Shown in pieces: positions 9,909 through 19,105 of a stretch of 64,000 bases of DNA. Both the position numbers and the translations under genes were made by a program. Each line of letters starts with the position of its first letter. Within the stretch, counting starts at the first letter, position 1. The stretch is from NCBI GenBank assembly GCA_009694125.1, contig SHVT01000001.1:6105-70104 (forward strand). The letters are read 5' to 3'. The notes beneath the pieces are model-generated. The model was given only the letters and a program-made list of their open reading frames with translations, was not told the origin of the DNA and did no database searches. The stretch comes from Rhodospirillaceae bacterium (GTDB lineage Bacteria; Pseudomonadota; Alphaproteobacteria; CACIAM-22H2).

Positions 9909-9940
9909 GAACCCGGATGTGGAGAAATCGCCCTTGACGG

Positions 9941-10708
9941 TCAGGCGTGCAGGTCGGCCCACACCTTGCGCTTGACGGCGTACGTCAACCCGGAAAACAC
10001 GATCAGGAACAGAACGACCTTCACGCCCAGTTGTTTGCGCTGTTCCATTTCGGGCTCGGCCGTCCACGCCAGGAACGTGGTGACGTCGCGCGCCATGGCC
10101 CCCACGGTCGCTGCGGTTCCGTCGGCGAAGGTCACGCCGCCTTCGCTCAAGGGCATGGGCATGGCGATCTGGTGCCCCGGGAAGAATTCGTTGTAGTGCA
10201 TGCCGTCCATTATCCTGACGTCGGCGGGCGCGTCCTTGTAGCCGGTCAGGATCGCGTAGAGATAATCGGGACCGCCCTTGCGGGCCTTGATCATCAGGCT
10301 CAAATCCGGGGGATAGGCACCGTTATTCGCGGAGCGCGACGCATTTTCATTGGCAAAGGGCGCCACGTAGCGGTCCGACGGGCGGCCGGGGCGCTTGAAC
10401 ATGTCGCCCTCGTCGTTGGGTCCGTCGGTCACTTCCTTTTCGGCCGCGATGGCCCTGATCTCCTCCGCGGTCAGCCCAATGCCCGCGAGATGGCGGTAAT
10501 AAATCAGGCTCAGCGAATGGCAGGCCGAACAGACTTCCTTATGTACCTGGAAGCCGCGGTTCAAGGCGCCGCGGTCGAAGGTTCCGAAGACGCCGGCGAA
10601 AGGCCAATGTTCCTTCGGCAGCGCCGGCCCTTCCGCCGCGTTGGGCGTCGTTGCCGTCAGGCCGAAAGCCAGGGCCGCGAGCGCGGATAGGGCGAATCTG
10701 CGCATCAA
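9941..10708 (-). CDS. petC: Cytochrome c1 of the bc1 complex
   Basis: CSACH haem-binding motif, N-terminal signal peptide and C-terminal TM anchor. Confidence 0.9.
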   Translation of the reverse strand: MMRRFALSALAALAFGLTATTPNAAEGPALPKEHWPFAGVFGTFDRGALNRGFQVHKEVCSACHSLSLIYYRHLAGIGLTAEEIRAIAAEKEVTDGPNDEGDMFKRPGRPSDRYVAPFANENASRSANNGAYPPDLSLMIKARKGGPDYLYAILTGYKDAPADVRIMDGMHYNEFFPGHQIAMPMPLSEGGVTFADGTAATVGAMARDVTTFLAWTAEPEMEQRKQLGVKVVLFLIVFSGLTYAVKRKVWADLHA

Positions 10709-11952
10709 GCCTTCTCCATGTGTCGCGCGGTTGCCGCCGTGCGTCCGCCAAGAACGGGCTGCGAGATGCTGGTCGGGAGCGGCAACGGTCGTTCAAACCA
10801 GCCGAGCAGCGGCAGCAGAATGATGAAGTGGAAGAAATAATAGATCGTCGCGAGGCGCCCGAGGATGAGGAAATAGCCCTCCGGCGGGTTGGCGCCGACA
10901 TAGCCAAGCACGATGCAATCCACCACGAAGACCCAGAAGAGCTTCTTATAAGCCGGCCGGAAGGTGCCGCTGCGGACCCGCGAGGTGTCCAGCCAAGGCA
11001 ATAGGAACAGCACGAAGATCGAGCCAAACATGGCCAGCACGCCGATCAGCTTATCCGGGATGGACCGCAGGATCGCGTAGTAAGGCAGGAAATACCATTC
11101 GGGCACGATGTGCGGCGGCGTGACCAACGGGTTGGCCGGAATGTAATTGTCTGGCTCGCCGAAGAAATTCGGCGCGAAGAAGACGAACATCGAAAAGACG
11201 GTCAGGAAGACCGACAGGCTGAACAGGTCCTTGACCGTCATATAAGGGTGGAAAGGAACCGTGTCCTGCGGACCCTTGGTGTCGATGCCCATCGGGTTGT
11301 TGGATTTCTGCACATGCAACGCCCACAGGTGCACGGCGGCGGCGCCGACGATCACGAAAGCGAGGAGGTAGTGCAGGGCGAAGAAACGGTTCAGCGTCGG
11401 ATTGTCGACCGAATACCCGCCCCATAGCCAGGTCACGATGCTCTCGCCCACCAGCGGGAATGCCGAGAACAAATTGGTGATCACCGTGGCGCCCCAGAAA
11501 CTCATCTGCCCCCAGGGCAGCACGTAACCCATGAAAGCGGTGGCCATCATCAGCAGCAGGATGATGACGCCCAGAAACCACAGGATCTCGCGCGGATATT
11601 TGTACGATCCGTAATAGAGGCCACGAAACATGTGAATGTAGACGACGATAAAAAACGCCGACCCGCCATTCATGTGGATGTACCGCAGCAACCAACCCCA
11701 GTTCACGTCGCGCATGATGCGTTCGACGCTGTCAAAGGCCATGGTGGCGTGCGGCGTGTAGTTGAATGCCAGCACGATACCGCTCGCCAGCATGATGACC
11801 AGGACGATCCCCGCCAGCGACCCGAAGGTCCAGAAATAGTTAAGGTTGCGCGGCGCCGGATAAACGCCCAGCTCGTGATAGACGAAGCTGAAGATCGGCA
11901 GCCGGAAATCGATCCATCGGACGACTGGATTTTTCCATTCGGGTGCGTTCAT
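10705..11952 (-). CDS. petB: Cytochrome b of the bc1 complex
   Basis: 415 aa. Typical cytochrome b sequence (…[27 protein letters not shown]…[13 protein letters not shown]…). Confidence 0.9.
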   Translation of the reverse strand: MNAPEWKNPVVRWIDFRLPIFSFVYHELGVYPAPRNLNYFWTFGSLAGIVLVIMLASGIVLAFNYTPHATMAFDSVERIMRDVNWGWLLRYIHMNGGSAFFIVVYIHMFRGLYYGSYKYPREILWFLGVIILLLMMATAFMGYVLPWGQMSFWGATVITNLFSAFPLVGESIVTWLWGGYSVDNPTLNRFFALHYLLAFVIVGAAAVHLWALHVQKSNNPMGIDTKGPQDTVPFHPYMTVKDLFSLSVFLTVFSMFVFFAPNFFGEPDNYIPANPLVTPPHIVPEWYFLPYYAILRSIPDKLIGVLAMFGSIFVLFLLPWLDTSRVRSGTFRPAYKKLFWVFVVDCIVLGYVGANPPEGYFLILGRLATIYYFFHFIILLPLLGWFERPLPLPTSISQPVLGGRTAATARHMEKA

Positions 11953-11964
11953 CGGACTCTATCC

Positions 11965-12528
11965 CTAACCGATGCGGACGTTGGTGTCGCTGAGGAAGAC
12001 GTAATCCGGCACGTCCAAATTCTTGGGCGCGGGGCCTTTGCGGATGCGGCCGGAGGTGTCGTAGTGCGAACCGTGACAGGGGCAGAACCACCCGCCGTAG
12101 TCCCCGCGTGGATCGGTGACCTTTTGGCCGAGCGGCACGCAGCCGAGATGGGTGCACACGCCCACCACGATCAACCATTCGGGTTTCTTGACGCGGCTTG
12201 CGTCGGCTTGGCGGTCGGGCAATTCGGAATCCTGCACTTTCGCCGCCTGCTCGATCTCGGCCTGGGTTCGGCGACGGATGAACACCGGCTTGCCGCGCCA
12301 CTTCACGGTGATGCTCTGGCCTTCGGCGATCGGCGAGATGTCGACCTCGGTCGTCGCCAGCGCGAGCACGTCGGCCGAAGGGTTCATCTGGTCGATGAAG
12401 GGCCAGATCGCGGATCCGAGTCCGACCGCGCCAAAGGCGGCGGTGGCGAGAAAAAGGAAGTCGCGGCGCGTCTCGCCTTCATCGTGCCCAGGCGCCGCGG
12501 ACGTCGCGGAATGTGCCGGATTTGCCAT
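11965..12528 (-). CDS. petA: Ubiquinol-cytochrome c reductase Rieske iron-sulfur subunit
   Basis: Rieske boxes CTHLGC and CPCHGS, with a Tat-like N-terminus (RRDFLF). Confidence 0.9.
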   Translation of the reverse strand: MANPAHSATSAAPGHDEGETRRDFLFLATAAFGAVGLGSAIWPFIDQMNPSADVLALATTEVDISPIAEGQSITVKWRGKPVFIRRRTQAEIEQAAKVQDSELPDRQADASRVKKPEWLIVVGVCTHLGCVPLGQKVTDPRGDYGGWFCPCHGSHYDTSGRIRKGPAPKNLDVPDYVFLSDTNVRIG

Positions 12529-12741
12529 GTGTCTCCACCTGCGTCATGTCCGGCATCATGTGCTGGCCGCGCACGAGGCCGTGTCTTTCAATGTTCGGAG
12601 TCCCGGGGCGGCATGCCGGAAGGCACAGCCTCCACAGCCACGATGCTTTCACATCGTCCCCCGCTGCGGCACCGGATCGCCGACCGGACACGGGTATAAT
12701 CCAAATCCACCGTATTGCAAAGGCCGGCGCCGGACGATTCC

Positions 12742-14103
12742 ATGAGACTAGCCCTGTTTGAACCCGACATTCCCCAAAACACGGGTGCGCTGTTCCGGCT
12801 CGCATCCTGTCTTGGCGTTTCCGTGGATTTGATCGAACCTTGTGGATTCCAATTAACCGACAGGCGGCTGCGCCGCGTCGGCATGGACTATCTGGGCCGC
12901 GTCGATTTGACGCGGCACGTGTCTTGGACCGCATTTGCGACGCGCCTCCAAGGTACCAATCCGCCCCGACCCCGCCTGCTGCTCTTGACCACACAAGGCG
13001 GCATCGACTACACCGCCTTTGCCTTTCGCGCCGACGATACGCTTCTCCTCGGCCGCGAAAGTGCCGGCGTTCCGGAGGAGGTTCACCGGACGGCGGAAGC
13101 CCGCCTGCGGATTCCCATGGTGCCCGGGGCTCGCTCGCTGAACATGGGCCTCGCCGCCTCGATGGTGCTGGGCGAAGCGTTGAGACAAACCGGGTTGTTC
13201 CCGGCATCGACGCCAAGACATGGAGTGATGACCGCCATGGGCAACGAGGCCGTGGAAGAGCGCAAGACACGGGCGGCGGCATGGTTCGAGGGCTTGCGCG
13301 ACCGCATCTGTGCGGCTTTCGAGGCGATTGAGACCGACCATGCCGGTCCCGGCGCCGATCAGCCGCCCGGCCGGTTCGAGCGCAAAGCTTGGCGGCGGCC
13401 GGCGACAGCGGGTGATGGCGGCGGCGGGGTCATGTCGATCCTGCGCGGTCGGGTGTTCGAGAAAGTCGGCGTGAATATCTCGACGGTCCACGGGGAATTC
13501 TCACCCGAGTTCCGCGCGCAAATGCCCGGCGCCCAGGCCGATCCGCGATTTTGGGCGAGCGGCATTTCGCTGGTCGCCCATATGCGTTCGCCGCTGGTGC
13601 CCGCTGTGCATATGAATACGCGCCATATCGTCACCACGCTCGCCTGGTTCGGCGGCGGCGCCGACCTGACGCCGATGTACCCGTTGGCCGACGATACGCG
13701 CGACTTTCATGCTGCGCTCGAGGCCGCCTGTGGCGAATTTGACGCCGGCTACTATCCTCGCTTTAAGGCCTGGTGCGACGAGTATTTCTTTCTCAAGCAC
13801 CGCGGCGAGCCGCGCGGCGTAGGCGGTATTTTCTACGACAATCTGGACAGCGGCGACTGGGAGCGCGATTTTGCCTTCACCCAACGCGTCGGCGAGGCCT
13901 TCCTCGATGTCTACCCAAGGCTGGTGCGCCGGCACATGAACAAGCCCTGGACCGAGGAGCAGCGCCAGCACCAGTTGGTGCGCCGCGGCCGCTATGTGGA
14001 ATTCAATCTTCTCTATGATCGCGGCACGAAATTCGGTCTGATGACCGGTGGCAACACCGAGGCGATTTTGATGTCGCTGCCGCCGGTGGTGGCGTGGCCG
14101 TAA
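12742..14103 (+). CDS. hemF: Single ORF fusing a TrmL-like tRNA (cytidine/uridine-2'-O)-methyltransferase (SpoU family, aa 1-~155) to oxygen-dependent coproporphyrinogen III oxidase HemF (aa ~165-453)
   Basis: The N-terminal part is [25 protein letters not shown]…[29 protein letters not shown], a SpoU/TrmL fold. The C-terminal part is …[25 protein letters not shown]…[13 protein letters not shown]…[19 protein letters not shown]…[35 protein letters not shown], a HemF signature. The ORF track shows one uninterrupted frame. The internal ATGs at 13228 and 13237 could also serve as a HemF-only start. Confidence 0.7.
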   Translation: MRLALFEPDIPQNTGALFRLASCLGVSVDLIEPCGFQLTDRRLRRVGMDYLGRVDLTRHVSWTAFATRLQGTNPPRPRLLLLTTQGGIDYTAFAFRADDTLLLGRESAGVPEEVHRTAEARLRIPMVPGARSLNMGLAASMVLGEALRQTGLFPASTPRHGVMTAMGNEAVEERKTRAAAWFEGLRDRICAAFEAIETDHAGPGADQPPGRFERKAWRRPATAGDGGGGVMSILRGRVFEKVGVNISTVHGEFSPEFRAQMPGAQADPRFWASGISLVAHMRSPLVPAVHMNTRHIVTTLAWFGGGADLTPMYPLADDTRDFHAALEAACGEFDAGYYPRFKAWCDEYFFLKHRGEPRGVGGIFYDNLDSGDWERDFAFTQRVGEAFLDVYPRLVRRHMNKPWTEEQRQHQLVRRGRYVEFNLLYDRGTKFGLMTGGNTEAILMSLPPVVAWP

Positions 14104-14166
14104 CGCGCCGGTACTCGCTCTCCGCCCAGGTTTTCGGTAGAATCCAAGATAGTCGCGGGAGGTGTC

Positions 14167-14697
14167 ATGAAAAGATGGTTGCCGCTGTTGGGGTTGATGC
14201 TCGGCATCGGCGGCGAGGCCGTCGCCGCCGATCTTCCGCTCAACGCCTTTTTCGGGTCGTTCACCGGCACCGGCGTGGCCCGATCGGAGGACAGCCAATA
14301 TTTCGGTGTCACCGTCCGCGATTTTGACTTGCAGATCGAAAAGGCCGATACCGGATTTTCCGTGACCTGGACGACCGTTCTGCGCCAGGGCGGCGATCCG
14401 GCCAATCCATCGGTCCGACGGCGCTCGGCGACGTTGAGCTTCATGCCGACCGGGAAGCCCAACGTCTATCGTGCCCGGGAGTCCGACCCGATGAGCGACG
14501 GCGGCTATGCCTGGGCGCGCCTCTACAAGAACACACTTGGCGTCTATATCGTGAACATCGACGCCAATGGTGTGTACGAACTGCAGCGTTATCAGCGCAC
14601 CTTGAGCGGCGGCGGCATGGACCTGGTCTTCACCCGGCTGCGGGATGGCGAGGTTCAGCGCACGGTCAAGGGCAAACTCGTCAAGCAGGGGAAGTAG
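14167..14697 (+). CDS. Hypothetical exported protein (signal peptide)
   Basis: The N-terminus MKRWLPLLGLMLGIGGEAVAADLP looks like a signal peptide. No recognisable domain. Confidence 0.45.
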   Translation: MKRWLPLLGLMLGIGGEAVAADLPLNAFFGSFTGTGVARSEDSQYFGVTVRDFDLQIEKADTGFSVTWTTVLRQGGDPANPSVRRRSATLSFMPTGKPNVYRARESDPMSDGGYAWARLYKNTLGVYIVNIDANGVYELQRYQRTLSGGGMDLVFTRLRDGEVQRTVKGKLVKQGK

Positions 14698-15928
14698 CTG
14701 GACCTTCCGCCCCGCGAGCGGCCAATTCCGCGAGCCGACCGAGGCATTCCCCGCGGCCGGCGGTGAAGTCGCCCTCCTCCCACCATCGTTCCACGGCAGC
14801 CAGCAAACGTCCGACCTCCGGCCCCGCCGCGATCCCCGCGGCGAGCACATCGCTCCCGCTCACGGGAAGCGTTATGGGAACCCAACGATCGGCTTCGGCT
14901 CGGAGTCGGTCGAACGCCGCTGTCTCCCGCGCGGCGCCGCCCGGATCGCGCGCCATCCCTGAGGCCTCGGCGAGAAAAACGAGATCGCGGAAGCGGTCGG
15001 CGCCCAGCCGATAGAGCATCCGCCGCGCCGATTTGGCGTCCGTCGCCGCCGATGGTGGCCGGTCGGGCGCGGCAAGGCCAAGGAGTCGCTCGCGGCCTTC
15101 GTTGGACAGGCGCAGGCGAACGGCCAATGCCGATGTCGCGATCCGGTCTGCGGGCAACATTGCCGCCAAGCGGCGCAGCGCGTCTGCGGCGGCGCGCCCA
15201 ATCTCGATTTGAACCAGGGCCGCCAGCCGTCCGATGTCCGGCACCCCGGGCACGATGTGTCCAAGGACACCGGTGTCCTTCATCAAGACCAGAACAGAAG
15301 CCGCGTTGTCGGCGAGGAGCAGCTTCGACAACTCACCCCAGATACGTTCACCCGACAGGCCGGGGACGAGGTGGGCCAGCGCCTGGCACGCCGCGATCGA
15401 GGGTGCGTCGGTCGGCGGGCGTCCGTAATAAGCGTAGAAACGAAAAAAACGGACGAGGCGAAGCACGTCCTCGCGAATGCGAATCAGGGGATCGCCGACG
15501 AAGCGGACGCGGCCCGCCCGCAGGTCGGCGATGCCGTCGAATGGATCGTAAACCCGCCCGTCGGCGGTGGTGGACAGGGCGTTGATCGTGAAGTCGCGGC
15601 GAGCGGCGTCGGCCTCCCAATTGTCGGTGAAAGCAACACGCGCGCGCCGGCCCTGGGGCTCGACATCGATCCGCAGCGTCGTGATCTCGTAACGGGTTCC
15701 GTCGGCGATCGCGGTCACCGTGCCGTGGTCGATCCCGGTGGGTATGGCGCGAACGCCGGCGGTCTGAAGCAGGGCGAGGGTTTTTTCGGGCGGATCGGGG
15801 GTGGCGATGTCGATGTCCCTGACCGGAAGGCCAAGAAGTGCGTCGCGCACGCAGCCGCCGACGAAGCGCAGCTCCGCTCCGTTCGCCGCCAGCGCCGCCA
15901 TCACGCGTAGCGCCGCCGGCGTCGTCAT
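14681..15928 (-). CDS. cca: CCA tRNA nucleotidyltransferase
   Basis: Pol-beta nucleotidyltransferase head domain (GGCVRDALLGLPVRDIDIAT…RRDFTINAL). The start was taken at the internal Met MTTPAALRV, because the ORF-track N-terminal extension is Arg/Pro-rich and unlikely to be real. Confidence 0.8.
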   Translation of the reverse strand: MTTPAALRVMAALAANGAELRFVGGCVRDALLGLPVRDIDIATPDPPEKTLALLQTAGVRAIPTGIDHGTVTAIADGTRYEITTLRIDVEPQGRRARVAFTDNWEADAARRDFTINALSTTADGRVYDPFDGIADLRAGRVRFVGDPLIRIREDVLRLVRFFRFYAYYGRPPTDAPSIAACQALAHLVPGLSGERIWGELSKLLLADNAASVLVLMKDTGVLGHIVPGVPDIGRLAALVQIEIGRAAADALRRLAAMLPADRIATSALAVRLRLSNEGRERLLGLAAPDRPPSAATDAKSARRMLYRLGADRFRDLVFLAEASGMARDPGGAARETAAFDRLRAEADRWVPITLPVSGSDVLAAGIAAGPEVGRLLAAVERWWEEGDFTAGRGECLGRLAELAARGAEGPATSPA

Positions 15929-15984
15929 CCAGGGCTGCGGCGCCAGGCTGTGGGGTGGGTTCGGTCGGACGTCCGTCGCCACCG

Positions 15985-16263
15985 TCAACGCACTCGGCCA
16001 GGCTGGATTTCGCCGTCGATCAGCCGCGGGGGTTCGTACTGGCCGTGGGGGGAATTGTTCCCGTACAACACCCCGGCGAACAGCACGATGGCGGTCAGCA
16101 AAAGGCCCGCCGCGGCCAGCCACGCCCACGGGGCATCCTGCCAACGCGGCGCCGCTCCGGCGGCCTCGGCTTCCGCCCGGCGCCGGCTCGCGAACTGCCA
16201 GCCGAAATAGACCGCGACCGGCAGCAAAAACGGCAGGAGGTATTCGAACAGGATGCGAATCAT
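15985..16263 (-). CDS. Small hypothetical membrane protein
   Basis: MIRILFEYLLPFLLPVAVYFGWQF… has two hydrophobic helices. The start was taken at the internal Met because the upstream part of the ORF overlaps the NUDIX gene. Confidence 0.4.
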   Translation of the reverse strand: MIRILFEYLLPFLLPVAVYFGWQFASRRRAEAEAAGAAPRWQDAPWAWLAAAGLLLTAIVLFAGVLYGNNSPHGQYEPPRLIDGEIQPGRVR

Positions 16264-16871
16264 GGTCGCGCCAAGTGTAGGCGGAGGCTGATCAATATGC
16301 GGGCGGTGGCGCCCCAAATGAGATGGCGCCCGTGGCGGAAGGCGTCGACTTGCTGTTGCGGGTCGCCATCGGGGCGGCGATGCTTTTGGCAATTGGCGGG
16401 GTCGAGGAAAAAATCCAGCGGCACTTCAAATGCCTCCTCGACCTCATGAGTACTGGGGCGCGCGACGAAATCCCGATCGACCAGTCCGACGACTGGCACG
16501 ACCCTATATCCAGTCCCGGTTTCATGGGTGTCGAGCCGTCCGAGTATCGCGACCTCACGGCCGGCGAGGCCGATTTCTTCCTCAGCCTCGCGTAAAGCCG
16601 CCGCGTCGGCGGCGGCGTCGCCGGCCTCGATTCGTCCGCCGGGAAAGCTGACTTGGCCGGCGTGAGCGCTCAAGTGATCCGTTCGTTTGGTGAGCAAGAC
16701 GGTCATTCCCTGTCGGCGTTCGATCAGGGGCACCAGCACGGCCGCCGGAATCAATGGGCGGCGCGCCGGCGCCGCCGCCTCGGCACCGCCGCCACTCACG
16801 CCGCCGATGGCCACCGCAGGCCGCCCCCGGGCGGCGTTGTCGAAGCGATCGATGATCCAATGGCGGGTCAT
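16260..16871 (-). CDS. CoA pyrophosphatase (NUDIX hydrolase, NudL-like)
   Basis: NUDIX box GGRIEAGDAAADAAALREAEEEIG, and the length is right for NudL. Confidence 0.75.
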   Translation of the reverse strand: MTRHWIIDRFDNAARGRPAVAIGGVSGGGAEAAAPARRPLIPAAVLVPLIERRQGMTVLLTKRTDHLSAHAGQVSFPGGRIEAGDAAADAAALREAEEEIGLAGREVAILGRLDTHETGTGYRVVPVVGLVDRDFVARPSTHEVEEAFEVPLDFFLDPANCQKHRRPDGDPQQQVDAFRHGRHLIWGATARILISLRLHLARP

Positions 16872-17163
16872 TCAAGCGAGTCCGGTCGCGAGCGTGAATT
16901 GGGGCGCGTCCGCCCGGTTGTCGGTAGGGCGAAGCGGCAAAAGACGAGACCCGGCGCTTGCGATTTTCATGCACGAAAACGTGTTTGTGGCCAGCCGCAC
17001 ACGCGATTTGCGATGGGCAAGTCGCCATGATAGAACCATCCCCCGGCGCGATCGACATCGATTCGGAAATCGTCGCGTCGCGTGGGCTGGGGCCGCCAAT
17101 CGACGATCCGGTGGCCCGCGCTGTTCCCAGGATTGCATTTTTCGTGCAGCAGCGGAGGTTGCT

Positions 17164-18168
17164 TTGAGCGTAGCAGTTTCAGAACCCGCCACCCCGGCCG
17201 ATTTCGTCAAGGAAGTTGCCGCGCTGGGCGAGCGCCTACAACAGGTGCGCGAAAGCATTGGGCGCGTCATTTTTGGCCAGCGAGATGTGATCGACCATAC
17301 GCTTATCACGCTGCTCTCCGGTGGCCACGCCTTGCTCATCGGTGTTCCCGGCGTGGCGAAGACCCGTTTGGTGGAAACGCTCGGCACCGTGCTCGGCATC
17401 GACGACAAACGCATACAGTGTACGCCCGATCTTATGCCGGCGGATATTCTCGGCGTCGAGGTCTTGGAAGAAGGCGAGCAGGGTCGGCGGTCCTTCCGCT
17501 TCATCAAGGGGCCCATCTTCTGCCAATTGCTGATGGCCGACGAAATCAACCGCGCGAGCCCGCGCACGCAGTCGGCGTTGTTGCAGGCGATGCAGGAACG
17601 CAGGGTGTCGATCGCTGGTCAATCCTATAACCTGCCTGCTCCCTTCCATGTCTTCTCGACGCAAAACCCGCTGGAGCAGGAGGGCACTTATTCGCTTCCC
17701 GAGGCGCAGCTCGATCGCTTCCTTATGCAGATCGACATGAACTACCCCGATCTCGAATCCGAACGCATGATGATGCTGGCCACGACCGGCGAAAAGGAAG
17801 GCACGGCCGTCGCCGTGTTGTCCGGTCCCGAACTGGTGCGCGCGCAGCAGCTCATCCGGCGCGTTCCGGTGGGCGAGAGTGTTGTCGAGGGAATTCTGAG
17901 CCTGGTTCGCTCGGGCCGCATCGAACATGGCAACCCCGACGTGACCCGTTACGTGTCGTGGTCTCCCGGTCCGCGCGCCTGTCAGGCCTTGATGCTGGCC
18001 TCCCGTGCCCGTGCGCTGTTGCAGGGAAGGCTGGCGCCCTCGATCGAAGACGTGATCGCCCTCGCCCGCCCGATTTTGCGGCATCGCATGGCGCTGAACT
18101 TCACGGCGCGCGTCGACGGCGTCACCATGGACGAAGTCATCGACCGGCTGTGCCAGCCGCTGGCCTGA
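17164..18168 (+). CDS. moxR: MoxR-family AAA+ ATPase
   Basis: Walker A GVPGVAKT, Walker B LLMADEINRASP, and the MoxR-type C-terminus. The ORF-track start at 16687 overlaps the NUDIX gene. A TTG at 17164, 5 nt after a GGAGG at 17154-17158, gives a 334-aa protein. Confidence 0.8.
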   Translation: MSVAVSEPATPADFVKEVAALGERLQQVRESIGRVIFGQRDVIDHTLITLLSGGHALLIGVPGVAKTRLVETLGTVLGIDDKRIQCTPDLMPADILGVEVLEEGEQGRRSFRFIKGPIFCQLLMADEINRASPRTQSALLQAMQERRVSIAGQSYNLPAPFHVFSTQNPLEQEGTYSLPEAQLDRFLMQIDMNYPDLESERMMMLATTGEKEGTAVAVLSGPELVRAQQLIRRVPVGESVVEGILSLVRSGRIEHGNPDVTRYVSWSPGPRACQALMLASRARALLQGRLAPSIEDVIALARPILRHRMALNFTARVDGVTMDEVIDRLCQPLA

Positions 18169-18187
18169 CGGCCGGCGCGAGGCGGTC

Positions 18188-19102
18188 TTGACCAAAGTGT
18201 CCAGGTCAGCGGCATTGGCGGCGATCGACGCCGCCGCGGTGAACTTGCACGACGCGGACGTATTGGCGTCGTCGCTACCGACACTGCTGCTTGCCGCCGA
18301 TCGCGTCGCCTCGACCATTGTTTACGGGGTCCACGGCGTTCGCCGCGCCGGCACCGGCGATTCGTTCTGGCAATTTCGGCTCTATCAGACCGGCGACAAC
18401 ACCCATCGCATCGATTGGCGGCAATCGGCCAAGACTGGAAAAATCTTCCTGCGCGAAACCGAATGGGAGGCGGCCCAGACCGTCTGGTTCTGGCGCGACG
18501 GCTCCCCGTCCATGCACTATGGGTCTAATGCCGAATTGCCGAAGAAGGTCGAGCGAGCGGGTTTGCTTGTGCTCGCGCTGATGTCGGTGCTCGGACATTC
18601 CGGCGAACGCATCGGCCTTCTTGGCAAACATATGTCCCCGACCACCGGTCGCGTCGGTTTGCGGCGCATGGCGGTCGCACTCGAACACGAAGGCGCGGAC
18701 GAACCCAGCATACCGGCCGTGATCTCGGTCGCGCGGCATTGTCGCGTCGTCCTGGTCAGCGATTTTCTATCGCCCTTGGCGGACCTCAATACATTCGTTC
18801 GCCATCTCGCCGGATTCGGCGTGCAGGGACATATCGTGCAGATCTTGGACCCGGCCGAAGAAACGCTTCCCTTCAGCGGCCGCACATTGTTCGAGGGGCT
18901 GGAGCGGGAAGGATCAACACTGGTCAACCGGGTCGAAGGCATTCGCCGCGACTATGGCGCGGCGCTCGCCGCACAAATCGACGGGCTGAAGGCCATCGCG
19001 CGCGCCGTGGGCTGGACGATCGTGACACATCGTACCGACCGCTCGCCGCAGACGGTCTTGCTTTCGCTCTACATGGCATTGACCGAAAAACCGGCGGTAT
19101 AG
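18188..19102 (+). CDS. DUF58 domain protein (MoxR-associated)
   Basis: 304 aa, in the conserved position immediately downstream of moxR. Confidence 0.7.
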   Translation: MTKVSRSAALAAIDAAAVNLHDADVLASSLPTLLLAADRVASTIVYGVHGVRRAGTGDSFWQFRLYQTGDNTHRIDWRQSAKTGKIFLRETEWEAAQTVWFWRDGSPSMHYGSNAELPKKVERAGLLVLALMSVLGHSGERIGLLGKHMSPTTGRVGLRRMAVALEHEGADEPSIPAVISVARHCRVVLVSDFLSPLADLNTFVRHLAGFGVQGHIVQILDPAEETLPFSGRTLFEGLEREGSTLVNRVEGIRRDYGAALAAQIDGLKAIARAVGWTIVTHRTDRSPQTVLLSLYMALTEKPAV

Positions 19103-19105
19103 ATC

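Noticed and set aside
12715-12741. Nine-codon upstream extension (MQRPAPDDS) of the trmL-hemF ORF
   Set aside because: TrmL homologues begin at [11 protein letters not shown]. The extension is probably not translated, although it cannot be excluded.
13501-14850. 449-aa minus-strand ORF antisense to hemF and the exported-protein gene
   Set aside because: It overlaps strongly supported plus-strand genes and its composition is R/G/A-rich and non-protein-like.
16687-17163. N-terminal 159-codon extension of the moxR ORF in the ORF track
   Set aside because: The extension overlaps the divergently oriented NUDIX gene and is Arg/Ala-rich. A TTG with a GGAGG RBS at 17164 gives a canonical-length MoxR.
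17236-18318. 360-aa minus-strand ORF antisense to moxR
   Set aside because: Antisense artefact. The moxR frame carries Walker motifs.
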